Positions 35,976-53,875 are shown, numbered from the whole stretch's first letter. The stretch is DNA of 56,548 bases, filler included, from Sphacelaria rigidula (GCA_964200075.2; 5 parts of 5 records of this genome joined end to end with filler, not necessarily neighbours in it); one strand, 5' to 3'. The notes: a model not told the origin generated them from the letters alone. A program made the numbers and translations.

Positions 35976-36937
35976 ACTTTTCTTGTACTCACGACCTTAC
36001 GCTGTCAAAGGCAGAAAACGGATACTGCGAAGGGGGCTGTTGCCGCACCCGGAGTATAAGAGTATAGGCGCCGATTCGAGAGACTGGCAGCAGTTTGTCC
36101 CGACGCAGAAAAAAGAAAATTGGATTGATCGGGTGAGTTGCGGAGTTAAAAAGAGATAATCCCACGCCCCATGAAACAGGCGTAAGAACACATGAGGCAG
36201 CTTGGGGGGTATCTTCGTGCATTACGCCGGACCTGTAGTTGCTGAAGTTGCATGTGACGTTTTCAAACCTTGGTTCAACACCTCCATGACTAGCCGACGC
36301 GCAGGTTTGCGCTCGCTGTCGTTGAAACTAAGCATCGCATGGCGTACCGCTCGTGTACGTTTGTGATGGAATGCAGGCGATAACCGCGGGACCGCTCCTG
36401 CTAACGCTGGGGTTCAATCTCTACAACAAGCTCAACTCCGTCGAAGGGCCGTGTCCCGTGTGCGGAGTGACCCTGCAGGCGTTGAAGGACTCTCAGGATC
36501 CGTGTCCGAGGTGCGCTTGTTGAGGGTAGGGGTAACGTACCGTAGTAACCGTCGCTGATTGTACTGCAGCTGACTTGAGTACATGCCTACGGTTAGGTTA
36601 GGTAATTCTCGCAGCGAGCACAAGGCGAACATGCGGTGGTTGATCGTGTTTTGAGTTGTCTTCGTTTCTCGTGTGTCACCGTACGGTGACGTTCAATGCT
36701 TGCGGAATGACGGTTGCGACATAATTCTCACACACCACGCTCACCTCAAGTTGATATTCCCGACCTGCTACAAGAAAGTGTTACGTGATCCGCGACCATG
36801 TAACAAGCAGCTCGTCAGGCGGAAGGTTTCCCTCTCCAGACGCTCGTCATACGAGATGACGGTGAAGCGCAGTACTAGCGAAAGAAACTTCGTCCTGCTC
36901 GCCGGAAACGACGCGTAGTGAGCAAGATTTGTCACTA

Positions 36938-37533
36938 CTTCCTCCAACACATGAGTAAAGTGCGTTATGGGGCACAGATCATATCTTTTGAACGGAATGG
37001 TGTGCAATGCTATAGTTAGGTTCGTTGAAAAGATACAGGCACCGAGATGCCCAAGAAAGAAAAAAAATCCGAGTTGGCATTGTCGAGTATGTGCGGGTCA
37101 AAGTTGACCACATTTCGGCCAATTTCGACCGATTTGTACCGTTTTCGGCCGAATTTTGATGATTTTTGCTCATTTCCATGTGTTACCTTGCCGACAACTG
37201 TACGCATGCTTTCAGACGATGCGTGGGCATCGTCGATCAACAATGAAGCGAGAACGAAATGCCAATTTTGCATGTTTTTTGCGGTTTTGGCCGTCTTTTA
37301 CGAATTTCCACTTTTCCCCCTTCTCCGGAAAACGGGACGAAAACAGTCTTTTTGGGGCCGACTGTTCTTTTTGTAGCCGCTGGCCCGTGCAGGAGGCCGC
37401 GCGGTCAAAGCTAAAAGCGGCGTGTTTCAACTAAAAAAACGCCAAGGATTTCAAAAATAGCATCGTTAATGGCATCGGAAACGGTTGCGGGCTCGTGTAA
37501 ACGTAACGCACTTTACCTATGTGTTGGAGGAAG
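36938..37533. mobile_element. Stowaway-like (Tc1/mariner) MITE, ~600 bp
   Basis: TA|CTTCCTCCAACACATGAGTAAAGTGCGTTA ... TAACGCACTTTACCTATGTGTTGGAGGAAG|TA: 30-bp TIRs and a TA duplication. Confidence 0.88.
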
Positions 37534-39129
37534 TATGTGGTGCACACCGTGCTGCCAACACTAAGCGCACATAGTCATTTTGACGCCAGAGGTTGCCGTG
37601 GTGACTTAACGAGACGGAGTTCATTCTAAAAGCTACGATCGCTTTGCACATCCTCTGGCTATGATCGTTGTACTAGCGGCGCACGGAGCGCAAATAAGGT
37701 GATCCGGGCTGGGGGCGTCATCACCGCTTAGGGAGCTCTGATGTTTTCGCCTGGGGATTTCACTCCTGGTATGTTAGATTCTAGGTGGTGAGTTTGCCAC
37801 GCACATTCGAATGACAGAAGACATTTGTACGGTAAAACGGAGGAACCTATACGTTCTGGTTCAGACCACAGAGTCTCGACGAGCACTGACCAATCCAGTC
37901 AAGGGCAACAGCTGCCAATGGTGATCAAGCTAGTCGCTTACAGCTGCAGTGTAAAATCTCAAGCGTCCGACGACGGTGTGCAGTAGAATAGCTGTGTAGT
38001 GCAACACGCCCAAGATGCAATACAGGGGTGTGCGTAAAGCACAACCGACCTCGTCTTGCGGCGCCCTACCGAAGCCCAGCGATCTGATGCTACAAACTAC
38101 TTCACTTGCGGCGATGTTTCACTGCGTCGTTTGGTGCACTGTAAGCCTGCCGTCGAAAAGCTGTTTTTACGCTGAACTGAGAGCACATCGTCCCACAACG
38201 AGGTGTGTGGGGCGCAGTCAGCTTCATGCTCAGGCACCCCCAGTAAAAATGGGCGCGCAGTTCCATCGCAAGCCTTCATCCAGTATCCAGGATCGAAGGT
38301 CCGAACCCGGATGGTTCCTTCCACGCACGTGTCGCTCCTATGGTGGCACATGACAGCTGCTGGCGACAGAATGCCCCGTCAAAACCCACAATGACAAGGT
38401 TGCGTGGTAAAAGTGCGAGCATCGATTGTACCCTACCATATCTTGTGTTGCAGCCTTCAGCACGAAATGTCAACTGTTGGAGTCAAGGCTGTAACCGGGT
38501 TTGCCTTCCAGGGGTGGGCCCTGAACCCGGGTACAAACGGGCCAATCGCGGGCTACCCAGTTTGAGTGAGGGGGCTGTCGATCGTACCCATCGTCGATCC
38601 TGCCCGCGAGCATAAACGGAGGCGGTCTGCAGCTCCAGATTTCGATTTCAAGCTATTTTTTGGCGCAGACACACGGCAAGCCAAAGCTCTGCTGCAAATC
38701 GAGCATCCCTTCTTCCTTCTCCAGCTCCTACTCTTCCCTCTTCTACTCCAATTGAAAATAAAGTCGCCCCAAAGCATGTAATAGTCGCCAGATCCCAAAT
38801 GCCCAAACATCGCCGGACCCGATGAACCAGTACGCGTGGGGTATGACCTTATGCACATGAGAGTCTTCCACATATATGGCAGGGGGAAAGGATGAAGAGT
38901 GTGCTCACTTTACAACATACGTTAGACACCTGTCATTGTAGAGCAGTTCCTCCAAACGTATGCAGGTGCTGAATCAGCTCACGGCCTTTCCAACTGCTTT
39001 TGATATGAGCCAGTTTTGAACGGCAAGGCTCCTGTGCTCCCTGAGACACTACCGTTACCGTTGAGATGGAAGCTACGCTTCCGCAGATATCAGGCACTAT
39101 TGTTCACGTGTATGCACGACGTAGTAACA

Positions 39130-39460
39130 CCGGTCGCCCCGGTGGCTCAGTTGGTAACCTCCAAACCTTCTGACGGTTGGGTCGTGGTTTCAGATCTTGG
39201 AGCGATCTGGGATTTTTTCTCTCGCCATGCCCAGCAGTGGAGAGCGACTATGTCGTGGGTAGACAAAATTCGACTTAACGGTCGACGAGGGAAAGGGACA
39301 GCTGAACCCCTCTCGCGATAAAAAAAATTAAGGCAAGCACCGCAGAAGGAAGGTGGGGTAATAAAAACAAATAGAAATGAAAAGCTCCCATGTTGAACTC
39401 CGTCCTGCGTGACCCCGGTTGGTGCGCCCACATATACCGAAAGGTGTGGAGGTGCACGGA
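39130..39460 (+). mobile_element. tRNA-derived SINE copy
   Basis: CCGGTCGCCCCGGTGGCTCAGTTGG A box. Body homologous to 468-728 and 16021-16385. Confidence 0.8.
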
Positions 39461-40699
39461 ACGGTTTCGCCAGGCTGGTCCTGCTGCTTGAGGTGAAAAA
39501 GTGTCTCTAGGGAAAACAGCCTGAACGGCAGCAAAAATATAATGGTTACTTCAATGCTACCACACAACCACCACAGACTGCGCTGCGCGGTCTGTACTCC
39601 GCCGTCATATCCGACACGGCCTCTGGTGGCGGCAGTTAGAGGAAGGATTCATGAAAAATCAGCAGGACTCGGTTGTTGCTCCAGTGTCTCGAAAGTTGGT
39701 GTGCGCGCTTCTGACACCAATACAGTACAAGAACAACGATGGCGGTTTCGACATCTAGCTTGTTCGGCAGATGTGCCCTTTGGCATACTGGACACGCATG
39801 CCGTTTACAACACACATAACTGAACCTGAACAGCTGAAGGGCGTAGCGCATTATGTGGGGGACGTACTTGCTGCAGGGGGGGGGGGGGGGGGACGTTTTT
39901 GTTGTTGGGTGTAGTAGTTGGACATTTGAAGATACCTCCTTTTGGTAAGGGAGCGCAGGGCGGGAAAAAANNNNNNNNNNGGGGGGGCGTACTCATTTGT
40001 TGCTTGCCTTAGTCGTTTGACCATTGACCATGCATCCCTTTCGAGACGGAGCACGCAGCGGTTACCAAAAGACGATTGAGCAGGACAAACGCACACGTTG
40101 AGACACGCACAAGCAACACGCATGGGACCTCAGGGGTGAGCTTGCCCTTCTCAGGAATCCCGGCTTTCATCCGCCGCTGTCATCTGCTGATTCTAGGGCA
40201 CACACAGACTACGTAACCCTCAACCCGCCCTTTCAATCATCTTAGCCTGCTGCGATGCGATTGGTGAAAAATAAAAAATGCGAAGTCTCTTTTACAGCCC
40301 GGACGTCCTAGAACGTCTTCCTCGTCTACAATGTCGCCATCCTCCACGTGGGGACCGTCAGGTCTCGGCGCAGCACTTAAACGGTTAATGGTGATTATCA
40401 ATCCGGGCGGGTACCCTGATGCTGGTATGAAACCTGCCGAACGTTTTTCAGAGTCGAAACAAACGCTTTCGAAACTCTTTTTGTAGAGAAGAGCTGTGGG
40501 GAAACGGTCGTTGTGCGAAAATATTCCCGAATCTTCTTCGTGCCATGAGAAGCCGCCTGAAAGATTCCATTTTCAGCCTCCCAGTCGCGCGCGAAGATAT
40601 ATGATAAAGCCATCTTGGGGGAGACACTATATAAGCCTATCGCCGTTTTTTTTTGTCTAGCCGTGTTTTCCCACAGCCCAATTTTCTAAAACGACAGCG

Positions 40700-42500
40700 T
40701 GTGAATCCCAGTTCTGCGAACCGAACCCAATGGTGGAGGTATGGGGTTCTCCGCCATTTGAATCGCTCGCCAACGTGGATAGGATGCAAGCACGTACTGC
40801 CTTTTGTGCTGCCGTGCTTCCCGATGTACTTCGATCATGCCGGTGTACACGGCGGGAAACCAGCGGCTCTGCGACATGATCGGGGTGCGCAATCCGAGGG
40901 CAGATATTCCGGATAGCAGATCACCCCCGTCCACCATGAAGGAGATCAAGGCACGCGTTTCAGCGGGGATCGAAGGCATTCTCAAGGGCGAGCACGTGTG
41001 CACTACCACGGACAGCTGGGCTTCGTGCGCCAATGACACGTACATGTCCTCGGCCGCCAGCTTCATCATCTGGGCTTGGAAACTCGTCACGTTCTCGCTG
41101 AACTTCCCGAAGTCATCTGGCGCCACGACAGGGAACAACCTGCCCCCGAGAGTGCAGAAAATACTAAAGGAGCATTCCTCGGAGACTCGAGTCGTGGGCT
41201 GTGTGACAGACTGCGAGGTATCCAAGGTCAAATGGGTCGTAACCTCGAAGCGACGGGCGTGTGCACTCATACTGGCTGCGTCAACCACCGCCTCGGAAGG
41301 ACAACATTCCTTGACTTGAATGGACCAGGGGTGAAGAGGGTGGTGGTCCTGCCGCGCTCCTTGGCGACATGTCACATCCAGTCAAGTCCGGCCGCCGACA
41401 CCCGCGAGAACATGACGCACATCGTACCAGGGCCGGAGGCACTCAAAGTAACATAGGACGTTGTGATCAGGTGGTGGTCTTCGTACGCCCTGGTGGATCA
41501 CTTGCTGTACCTGATACCAGCAAAAAAAATGTACGGAACCATGCACCACCTGGACGCTATCTTGACCGAAGAGGACTGGCGGGTCCTCAAACTGATCCTT
41601 CCCGCGCTGGAGCCGTTCATGGTGGCGACGGGAACGCCGGAGGGTCACAAGTACGTTTGATTGTCCAACAAGGGCAGCCTCGTTATTCAAATTGCCCATG
41701 ATCTCCGCCAAGGCCTGGAAGACGCTATCGGTGGGGTACCGGGTATGTGATGTGTGTCTGACGGACGGGAAGACGATGACGACCCGGTGGTATCCGCCGT
41801 GAGAAAAGATGTCAACGAACAGTGGGGAGACGCCACCGCCAACGTCATATACAGGGAAGGAACGAGGAGGCAGCCCCAAGGCTTCGAGTAACCTGACAAC
41901 TGCTGTCCACCCCGCTCGAATCGCGTACCACGATGCTGCACGAGTTCGGTGATGCCGAGCGAGAGGCATTGTAGGAGCTCGAGGTCAATGAAGCGTTGAA
42001 GATGGTGAACAAGGGCCGCCAGGATACCCGGTCCGAGAGCCAGCGGCGTCCCTCATATACCCGACATCGTGCATCGATGGGCACGCTCCCGTGTACCAAG
42101 CAATCTTGTCGCTTGAGCGGTTTCATGGCAGCCACGCAGGCGGCGGACTCCGACGAGGGCGGAGAGTCAAAAGAGACCGGTACAGTGGATGTCGACGGGA
42201 TCGAGAACACGGCACGACTCCAAGTGAAGGCGTTCAAGAACGATGAAGAGGATGCCGGTCCGCGACGAGAACAAGAGCAGAAAGGAATATACCGTGACCC
42301 CCTCACATGGTGGAAAAAGAAAGAGGCGGCGATATCCTTGCTCGCCAAACTAGCCCGGCACGTGCTCGCCGGCCCGGCAACACAGGTCCACTCGGAGCGC
42401 TCGTTTTCATGCGTGGGGAGTGTGGTGACGAAGACACGCAACTCGATGAACCCCGAGCAGGTTGAACTGAGGGTTTCTTGAGTACCACGTCGCAAGTCGC
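40700..42500 (+). pseudogene. hAT-superfamily transposase pseudogene
   Basis: Across frameshifts: TTTDSWAS...YMS...WKL, CVTD, CVNH (CxxH), DVVIRWWSSY, LTEEDWRVLK...LEPF, and the C-terminal dimerisation domain DPLTWWK...LAKLARHVLAGPATQVHSERSFS...RNSM. Confidence 0.92.
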
Positions 42501-44708
42501 AGAGGAATATGGCGTATCAATGGAGACGGAGGGCGCTTTGAAGGCGTCGAGGGAAATGTTTTCGTCAATGATGCGTGAAGCCGCCGCGCACCGCATCATT
42601 CTCCGACTTCCGTGCTTCGGCCGATTTGTACAGCGCGGGTCTGGCGTTCTATGGTAGCACAAAAGCACGTGAAGGAACGGGTTTGCCCGGGGTCATGCGG
42701 TCACTGGCTGACTACTTGAGGCGTCTTCTGCTTGTTTGTGTCCCGAATGCCAATGCCGCCGGTATCTCATGATCCTATACTTTTCCGTCTTTCGATCACA
42801 GCTTGTAGGCCAACGGCTGGTCAGTCGAACGGGGGAAATGGAGGAAGAAGAAAGAATTGTGACTTACATACGGTGGGACGCTTAATGCGGAACTGCCGAA
42901 CGCCAAATCCAAATAGCAAACTGCCAATTGCAGGGTGAAGAGCGTTCTGAACACGATGTAGCACATGCTCACCACACCTCGGAGTGATTAGGCGGATACA
43001 TGCAAGGTCTGTCGTTTCATTGCACGGCATCCGAAAATGAAAGTAACACACGGTAACCCGCGACCACGAAATAAAAGAGCACACCATGGCTTGCTATTCA
43101 ACGACATGCGTGTTTGTCGGTCCGGACGTGGAGAATCGTGCGCTCTTATTTCCACGTGCGGCCAGCCTTGGCTTACTTGTTCCCGTCCCCCGCTCCGCAT
43201 CGAGAGTCTCTGTTACCGCATACTAAAGATGAATAATTTTCGAATCGCCCACCACGTTGCATGAGGTTATCATGTCTCGTAAGCCTCTTAGCTCCTCAAT
43301 GTGAGGGATCCATCTTCTACAACTATTCGCGGTTTTGAGGCGGAACAAGCAAAAAACTGCGTTTTTTCTTGCCTCCGGCGGCGGTCCTGCGAGGCCCATC
43401 TCACCAGCCGGGGGAAGGCGTTGGGGTTCGCGGCTTCGTCGGTCGCCACCGATGCTTTTCCGATTAATTAGAAAACGTCGATGTACTGGCCGCTGGCGCA
43501 GCTAGTTTAAATTCAACTGACCAGAGCGACTGGCTCACAGCCCTAAATACGGAACAATGTTTTGCCTTGTCGGTGCTCATGTACTCGTAATACTTATGCC
43601 TGCACACCATTTTCGCCATGCTATGACACTACACATTGACTATTTAAAGTGGGCACTTGAATGTCTTACGAGCAATGCTAGATTGCAGCACGTCCTGGGG
43701 TCTTTGGTTTTTAGCTTCGACGGGGTGCAAGTTCAGAAACCGCCACAGCTGGGAGGTGACGTGAATCCTACTCCTGCGAACCCAACATGCCTCGTGGTTC
43801 CGTTCAGAACCCAAGATACCACACTCTGGACAATACATTACACTGCCAAAACGTCTACTGCGTACAGTATCGATTATTGCGTCCATCGCAACAGACAACA
43901 GATCCCGTACTATACGCAGTACATTTGTATAACGATGTAATCTACTGTCCAAGGTGTGCAAGATACCTTCTGGATCTGTCCATAGTAAATCTTTAGCCAC
44001 GAGGAAGTTCCTCGGGTCATCGGTGAGACCGCTCTCAGAGACATGTCTCCATGCCTTGTAGCCTCGGGGTGATGTGTCCACTCCGGGCTCAGAGGGGTCG
44101 CACACAACATCACGAAGCGCGTTCTATGAGCATTCTTGGTTTGTTGTCCGTCACTTATGTCCGAGATGAAATGCGATGCTACCCCTCGCACACCAGCCCA
44201 CTCTTGTGTTATCCCACAATCCTCTGCGAAGCTCTCCCGAGTATTGTCCTGAACAAATCGTCATAGCTCGATAAAAAGCACTCTGCTGTCTGCAGAGACG
44301 AGGGCTCATAACCCTCCGGCGCTTCAAATATCATGTACAATCATTTGTCATGACAAACGCTTTTGAAAAATATTCGTAGAAAGAAGTCGTTGTCCAGGCT
44401 TTTTCCAGAGTCTTTTTTCGTTCCATGAGAAGTCGCATGAAAGTTTCCATGTTAAGCTTTCCAGTCGCGGGCGAAGAATTATAGAGAAATTCATGAAGCC
44501 ATCCAGGAACACGCATGACGTGGACCTATCACGCGATTTTTTTTGTCTCGCCGCATGTTCCCACTGCCCAATTTTTCCAACTTTTTTCATGAGAAATAAA
44601 TGACGTGGACGAACCAGATACGAGCGAATTCGATTCCACCGCATGTTTTCGACACGAAAGCGGTATGATAAGACACCGCCTCACACCGTGCCGTAGCACC
44701 TCATTCTT

Positions 44709-44955
44709 CGATCGAAATATTGCGATGGAAAACAGGAATTCCGATCTGATAGGTCGTGCCATCAACACAAGTTACGACAGTTAAAATAACGACCTATCAT
44801 ATAGAAGTTATCTTCTCACGCATATTTTCGATCGAAATTATGCGGTGGAAAATAAAAATCCCGATCTAATAGGTCGTAATTTTCAACCATCGTCGGTAAT
44901 TTTGAAGATGGTTGAAATCACAGCCTATCAGATCAGAATTGTTGTATTCCACCGC
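44709..44955. repeat. Cluster of ~49-bp direct and inverted repeats (probable TE subterminal region)
   Basis: CGATCGAAAT..TGCG.TGGAAAA...CCGATCT.ATAGGTCGT at 44709 and 44829, with an inverted partial copy at ~44923-44955. Confidence 0.65.
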
Positions 44956-45219
44956 ACTGTTATGGGGGTGAATGAAGGCCTTGCCGACCAAAACCCGTGG
45001 TCAACTAAAACAATACGAACGCGGAGGGATATTGAAGACATATTGAAGACGCCATTGACTGGTCGGACCTGTGCCGAACCTGTGCCGAACAGAACACACG
45101 CTCCACCACCCCAAGTTACCTACGTTTAGTATGCGACAGCTGTAATTTTTTCATCGCATAATTGTCGAGACAGGAAGCAAACCGGCCTGTGGCACTTCAC
45201 AGCCCCCCGCGCACACACT

Positions 45220-45319
45220 NNNNNNNNNNNNNNNNNNNNNNNNNNNNNNNNNNNNNNNNNNNNTTAATTAATTAANNNNNNNNNNNNNNNNNNNNNNNNN
45301 NNNNNNNNNNNNNNNNNNN
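45220..45319. other. Artificial contig linker
   Basis: Same N44-TTAATTAATTAA-N44 structure. Confidence 0.97.
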
Positions 45320-45546
45320 TAGGGATTGATTCGTCACGAGTCGACTCATGATACTGAAATCAAGTAATTTTCAGACGAATCATCATTTGCCCGATCCTTG
45401 CACACTTGGAAAACGGAAAGACAAGGAGGGACAACGACGAAAATAGAGATGACAAAAAAGACGGGCATAGGAAAATACACGCGCGTACATGAATGCACTG
45501 GGGTAAAAAAACAAGGAAGCACAATCAAACGAAGTAGAGCTCTCAC

Positions 45547-48952
<3,406 letters not shown>

Positions 48953-50124
48953 CTGCAGCAAGAAACAATGCAAGCGGTGACGAGGGGAGAGAGCAGGCGT
49001 TGCGTTCAGAGGGAACCAACGCCAGCAGTGCAGGGACGTGTGCACTACTGCTGATTCGGTCGGGTGGGGGGAGGGGGTTCGGTCCATGGGTCGTCACTCA
49101 TCGGAAAAATAGGCAAACTGGAGATGTACCGCGACAGAATTTACTTAATCAAACTAGCGGGCGAAGCCCGCATCACAAACCAGACCCCCCACAAACAGAT
49201 AAGGGTAACTCAAAAGTGAATCGAAGGAAGCGCGACAATAGCCGCGCGTTCAAACTCAGCACTCGCCCCAAACTGAGGATCTGTCCAAAAGAAGGCGGAG
49301 GACTGAAACATGGGACATGTCCTGTTTCACTGTACCGCAGCAAACACGCACTCTAGTCCTCTCTCATGCGTTGGGGCTTTCACTGTACTGTGGTATGTAT
49401 ACACATTGTGAAGGCCGTTTGGATTGCATGAGCTGCGATTTTGTCGTCGTGGTCCGCAGAAAACAATGTTAGTCGGCATGCGGTGCTGGATGCACACTGT
49501 TAAAAACTTCATGGCGTGTTGGCTGTTTCGTCTTCCGTCAGACTGACAAGGCGCTGTCCGCTGCTGCGATACCCCTCGCGATGCTGTGCGTCAGGACCGT
49601 ATACTGTACTGCACTACTGTATTGTGTTCGGGGTACTTTACTGTACTATCAATACTGTATTGTGGCAATGAGATTAGACCGCACGACCACTAGGTTTCAG
49701 TGTACTCTCCTGGCAATTCCGAAGTAGAATGGAGCGACCTGATCGGTAGTTACCAAGTAAATTCTATCCCGCCGCAAGTTTAGTCTGCCGAAGATTATGT
49801 TCTTTCATGTATATACACCGTCTCGCAGAGACTGCCACCGTTCGAACCAAGTTTCTTCGTGTTTCTGCACGTACATACGGTTGACTGACTGACTGATTGG
49901 TTTATTGTCACGATTAAACTGATACTCCACGGATCTAGCCGTGGAAACAAGTTGGGCGTGCCCATGATGACTAACGAGAAACACTCGCTCAAGGTAACTC
50001 GAGAAAATGGGAAACATCAAGAAGAACATGGGATGTTGATTGATATACAGACGCCATGCCGAGAACGAGTCCCGTTCCCGGAAAAAAACACCGTGGAAAG
50101 CGTGAAAGCGTGAGTAAACAAAGC

Positions 50125-50265
50125 CGTTGACTGAGTTTTGCTTGACGAAAGTTGACGCGGTGCGGGATTGCTGATAGTCATGACCCAATCCGCGAGACCA
50201 AAATGCAAGGCGTGTACCGGGGAGAGATGGGTTGATCCCTTGAGACCAGGGACTCGTCCCGAGGA
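50125..50265 (-). repeat. Dispersed repeat copy (same family as 35835-35975)
   Basis: Reverse-complement match, including GCAAGGCGTGTACCGGGGAGAGAT. Confidence 0.75.
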
Positions 50266-51619
50266 AGGGGAGGGATTAAAAAGTGCGACGAATAAAGAAT
50301 ACTTCGTAAACAAAATAAAAATAAATAATTACCTTGCCAGAGCTTTCAGGCAAAGGGGTCGTGCAAAAAGCAAGGCAGTAGAAGCAGGCGCGTCAATACA
50401 CCACTCGTGTGAAAACCGTGAATGGGTGAGGAGTGAAAACACCTCGAATGAAAGTGAATGCACGACAAGACAAGATGTAGAGTAAGAGGTACCGCGGTGC
50501 GGTATTACCGTACTGCACGTATCCCTATCGCAAGAGAATTGAACCGTGGGGAGATACATGGGTTGATACCTTGAGACCGAAGACTGATCCCGAGCAAGGG
50601 GAAGGGTTCAAACTGTGACAAGGAAAAGACAAAAACAGATCAGCTTCACCGGTGTCGATTAGATCCAGCATGCACGGGTCGCTTTTGTTTTGTTTACTTC
50701 ACGTTACATACCAGTTTCGCGCCGGTCGTTTCATTCACCTCCTGATGCAACTTTGAGCGTCCCCGCCTTTGTCTTAGGTGACGAATATCGCGGGTTTCTG
50801 GACGCTGTACACGAATCCTAATTTCCCCAGGGCAGGCTACAGCACGCAGTAAGTATGATAGATTGTAAGAACGATTGCAATGCGTATCACAGATACAGGT
50901 CAAATCCAGCAGGCACTTCAGCGCGAAATGAGTAGACGTAAGATAAGGGAGGGCGGAGCTTGTCATTGCTTCGGTGCCAACCACCCCCGCGCGGGGATAA
51001 TCCTCACAGAGACGCTGGTTGCGTACTACATAGTATTCTCCGTCACCACGGCGACCTCCCCAAATTTGGGACCATGAGCATTCTGCCACAAGGAGCTCGA
51101 CAGGTTCACATGAACCTCGGAAAATGAAGACCTTAATGATGTCCCGTCTCGTGTAAACAACTAGTTCAAAATCGCATTCGAGCACGGACTGACTGTGCCT
51201 AGGAGCCTAATTGGTGGTGACTTGCCACGCTGGCATAAACGCAGGAAAGCGTTCGCGCCACGTAGTCTATCAGGATGCTGAATAACATCCACTTTATTCC
51301 GGGATCACGAGTAATCCACCGTGAAAGGGTTTGGTGAGATTACACCCACGTCGAAAATGAAACTGTCAAGAAAAAACTTGGAACATCTTACAGAACCGGA
51401 AGGTATAGTCAAGGCGTACTTGACGTGGTCCTGGCGCCGACCCCCCGTATCACTGTATAACAGTAGTGTTGCGCTACGATGGATTTAAAGAACGAACAAA
51501 ACATGTTGACCGACGGGATGCAAACGCCAGAACAGCACACAAACAATATCATAACTGTATCACGTCCAACGGACGGTGAACCTGTGCAACGAAGGTGTAG
51601 CACGAGACCCCACCTTGGA

Positions 51620-53875
51620 CATTAGACCGCATCTATTGCGATGCCAATAGAATCTGCTGCAGTAGATGCCACTATAGTCGTCTGTAATGGCCATCGATCG
51701 ACAAGTTTTTCTTCCTATTGTCGTTGGCAATCTGCTGTGGCCCTACACCGAAATCTATTGCGGCCGACCAAATGTATCGATCGATAGCTTTCCAAATCTT
51801 TTGATGACGGTAGTGACTATGGATAGACCGCGTGCCAAATCTAATTAACAACGGCGATAGCTACTGACAGCTTGTATACCAAATCTTTTGAGGGCGGCAA
51901 TAGCTGTTGATAGATTGCATATAAATCTATGCATGGCAGTAATAAATGTCGATACTGTAGACACATACTGGAACCTACTGTGGTATACAATGCCTACCGG
52001 TAGACACTCTCTGTCGTCGATTGCCGCACCTACATCACCACATCCTACGATAGAGCATATTATACTCCGTTACGGTACGGTAGAGAAGCCGCAGGTGGAC
52101 ATGCAGTGGGTATATAATGATACTACTTGCGAATAAATGACATGACGTTTCCAAAATGTTGGAACGCTTGTATTTGTAGGCATCCGTAATGTGTGTGTAC
52201 AACAGTTTACAGTAGTGGGCGGTCTGACTATTTAGCGGGGTTCTGAGGCTTTCCTCGCGTACTTCTCTTCGATAGAACTCGAAATTGCTAGCGTCAGTAG
52301 ATTTTGGTACAATAAACAGATGATCCTCAAGACACAGTGCCCAAGTCAGAGCTACTTGGTGTTATCGGGCGAAACGAGTAAATACCCCGTTCATCAGGAG
52401 GGTGTTATTGACCGTGAAATACAGTTTTTCGGCTATAGTGCAATGAGTAGGCAGAATTTCGAAAAAATAAAACTGTATATATTTTTAGAAATATGACCGG
52501 GACAGGCTCGATTGGTCGAACATACCGAAGAGTAAGAATACGGGCTTAAACGTCGCAGGACCCCCGATGACCGGTCAGCCCGTAAGTCACTCAATATTGA
52601 GTACACATGATTTTTTCTTCTTGGAATGTGGAGCGGATACAAATATCTTCAGATCCCCCATGCGATGAGTGATGGCAAGCGAAAAGAGCCCTAGAAAATC
52701 GCCAATGACGAAGAAGTCACAAAACGCCCTAAAATCAATAGTTAGACGGCCCACTATTGTACAACTTTTGTTGCTGGTGTGGTGTTGGTACTTTTGGCTG
52801 TCCCTCTGATGGACATGAGCGCTTACATTACTTTTGCGTGTGGGTGAGATGTGCTTATACCCTGGACAGTAGACTTTGCAATAGAACGTTGGCGCTGCAA
52901 GAGCCTGGAGAATTTTACTGTCAATTTTCATAGTCAGTCATGATCGACTGGCATCAATGTCTATCGATAGCTATTGCGGGCGACAATAGATTCGGGACAT
53001 GGGACAGAATGTATTATTGCCGCCACAACGGAGGGGTCAAGTTGTCTATCGATACATCTTATTTTTTACAATAGGCTCTGAATTGTGGCCACCAATATCT
53101 ATTGCCAATCACAATGGGATCTGCCACGCGGGCACCAATACAAATCGTTGGTCACAAAAAGATCTAAGTTGAGCCCATCGATGTCTATTGAGGGTCACAG
53201 TGTAATCTGAATCGCGGCCACTAACATCTATTGCTGATCACAAAAGTAGCTGAATGGCGTCGATCACTAGCGCTATGTATGCACATATTTTCATGTATGT
53301 TTCCACCTTATCCCAGAGAAGCTATGGCCAGCTATCGCCTCAGGTCGGTGCGTGTTCACGTGTAAGGGGTATTGCCCTTGATGTCATAAGACCACTGCAG
53401 TGAGCAATCAATTTTTCAAAACCTATCGTTGGCGTCACTGGCTATCGGTAGGTGCTCCCGAGAACAATCGATTGTTGACGGCAATGCCCATATTGATAGA
53501 TACCAAAAAATGCACTGTTGGCGGCAGAGGCTACCGATACACAGCTCACCATTGTTTTGATGACGGTAAAAGGTATTGATAGATGGCTCACCCAATCTAC
53601 TGATGACGGCAATGACTATCGATGGATGGCTCACCAAACCTATTGATTACGGCAATGGCTACCGATATATACATCCCAGAATCTATTGCGGTACACGATG
53701 TCCATCGATGGCGAGTGATATTTATCTTTTGTAATTGCCATAGGCTATCGATCGACTATTGCAACATATGTTGGCCCTTGCATTACATATCATTGATGTA
53801 TTTTACCATCTATGGTGTTCAATAATATATATCGATAGATTTTCCCCCGCGTCTATTGCTGAAGCGATGGACTAT
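51620..53875. repeat. Two blocks of degenerate ~43-bp minisatellite (~51750-51955 and ~52955-53875)
   Basis: Unit approximately GACGGCAATGGCTATCGATAGATGGCTCACCAAATCTATTGAT at ~53477, 53520, 53562, 53605, 53648, and at ~51806, 51850, 51893. Confidence 0.7.

Noticed and set aside
40194..43545. hAT termini TAGGGC...GCCCTA
   Set aside because: Only 6 bp match and the 8-bp flanks (GCTGATTC vs AATACGGA) are not a TSD.
53470..53700. CRISPR-like array
   Set aside because: Plain tandem minisatellite with no unique spacers.
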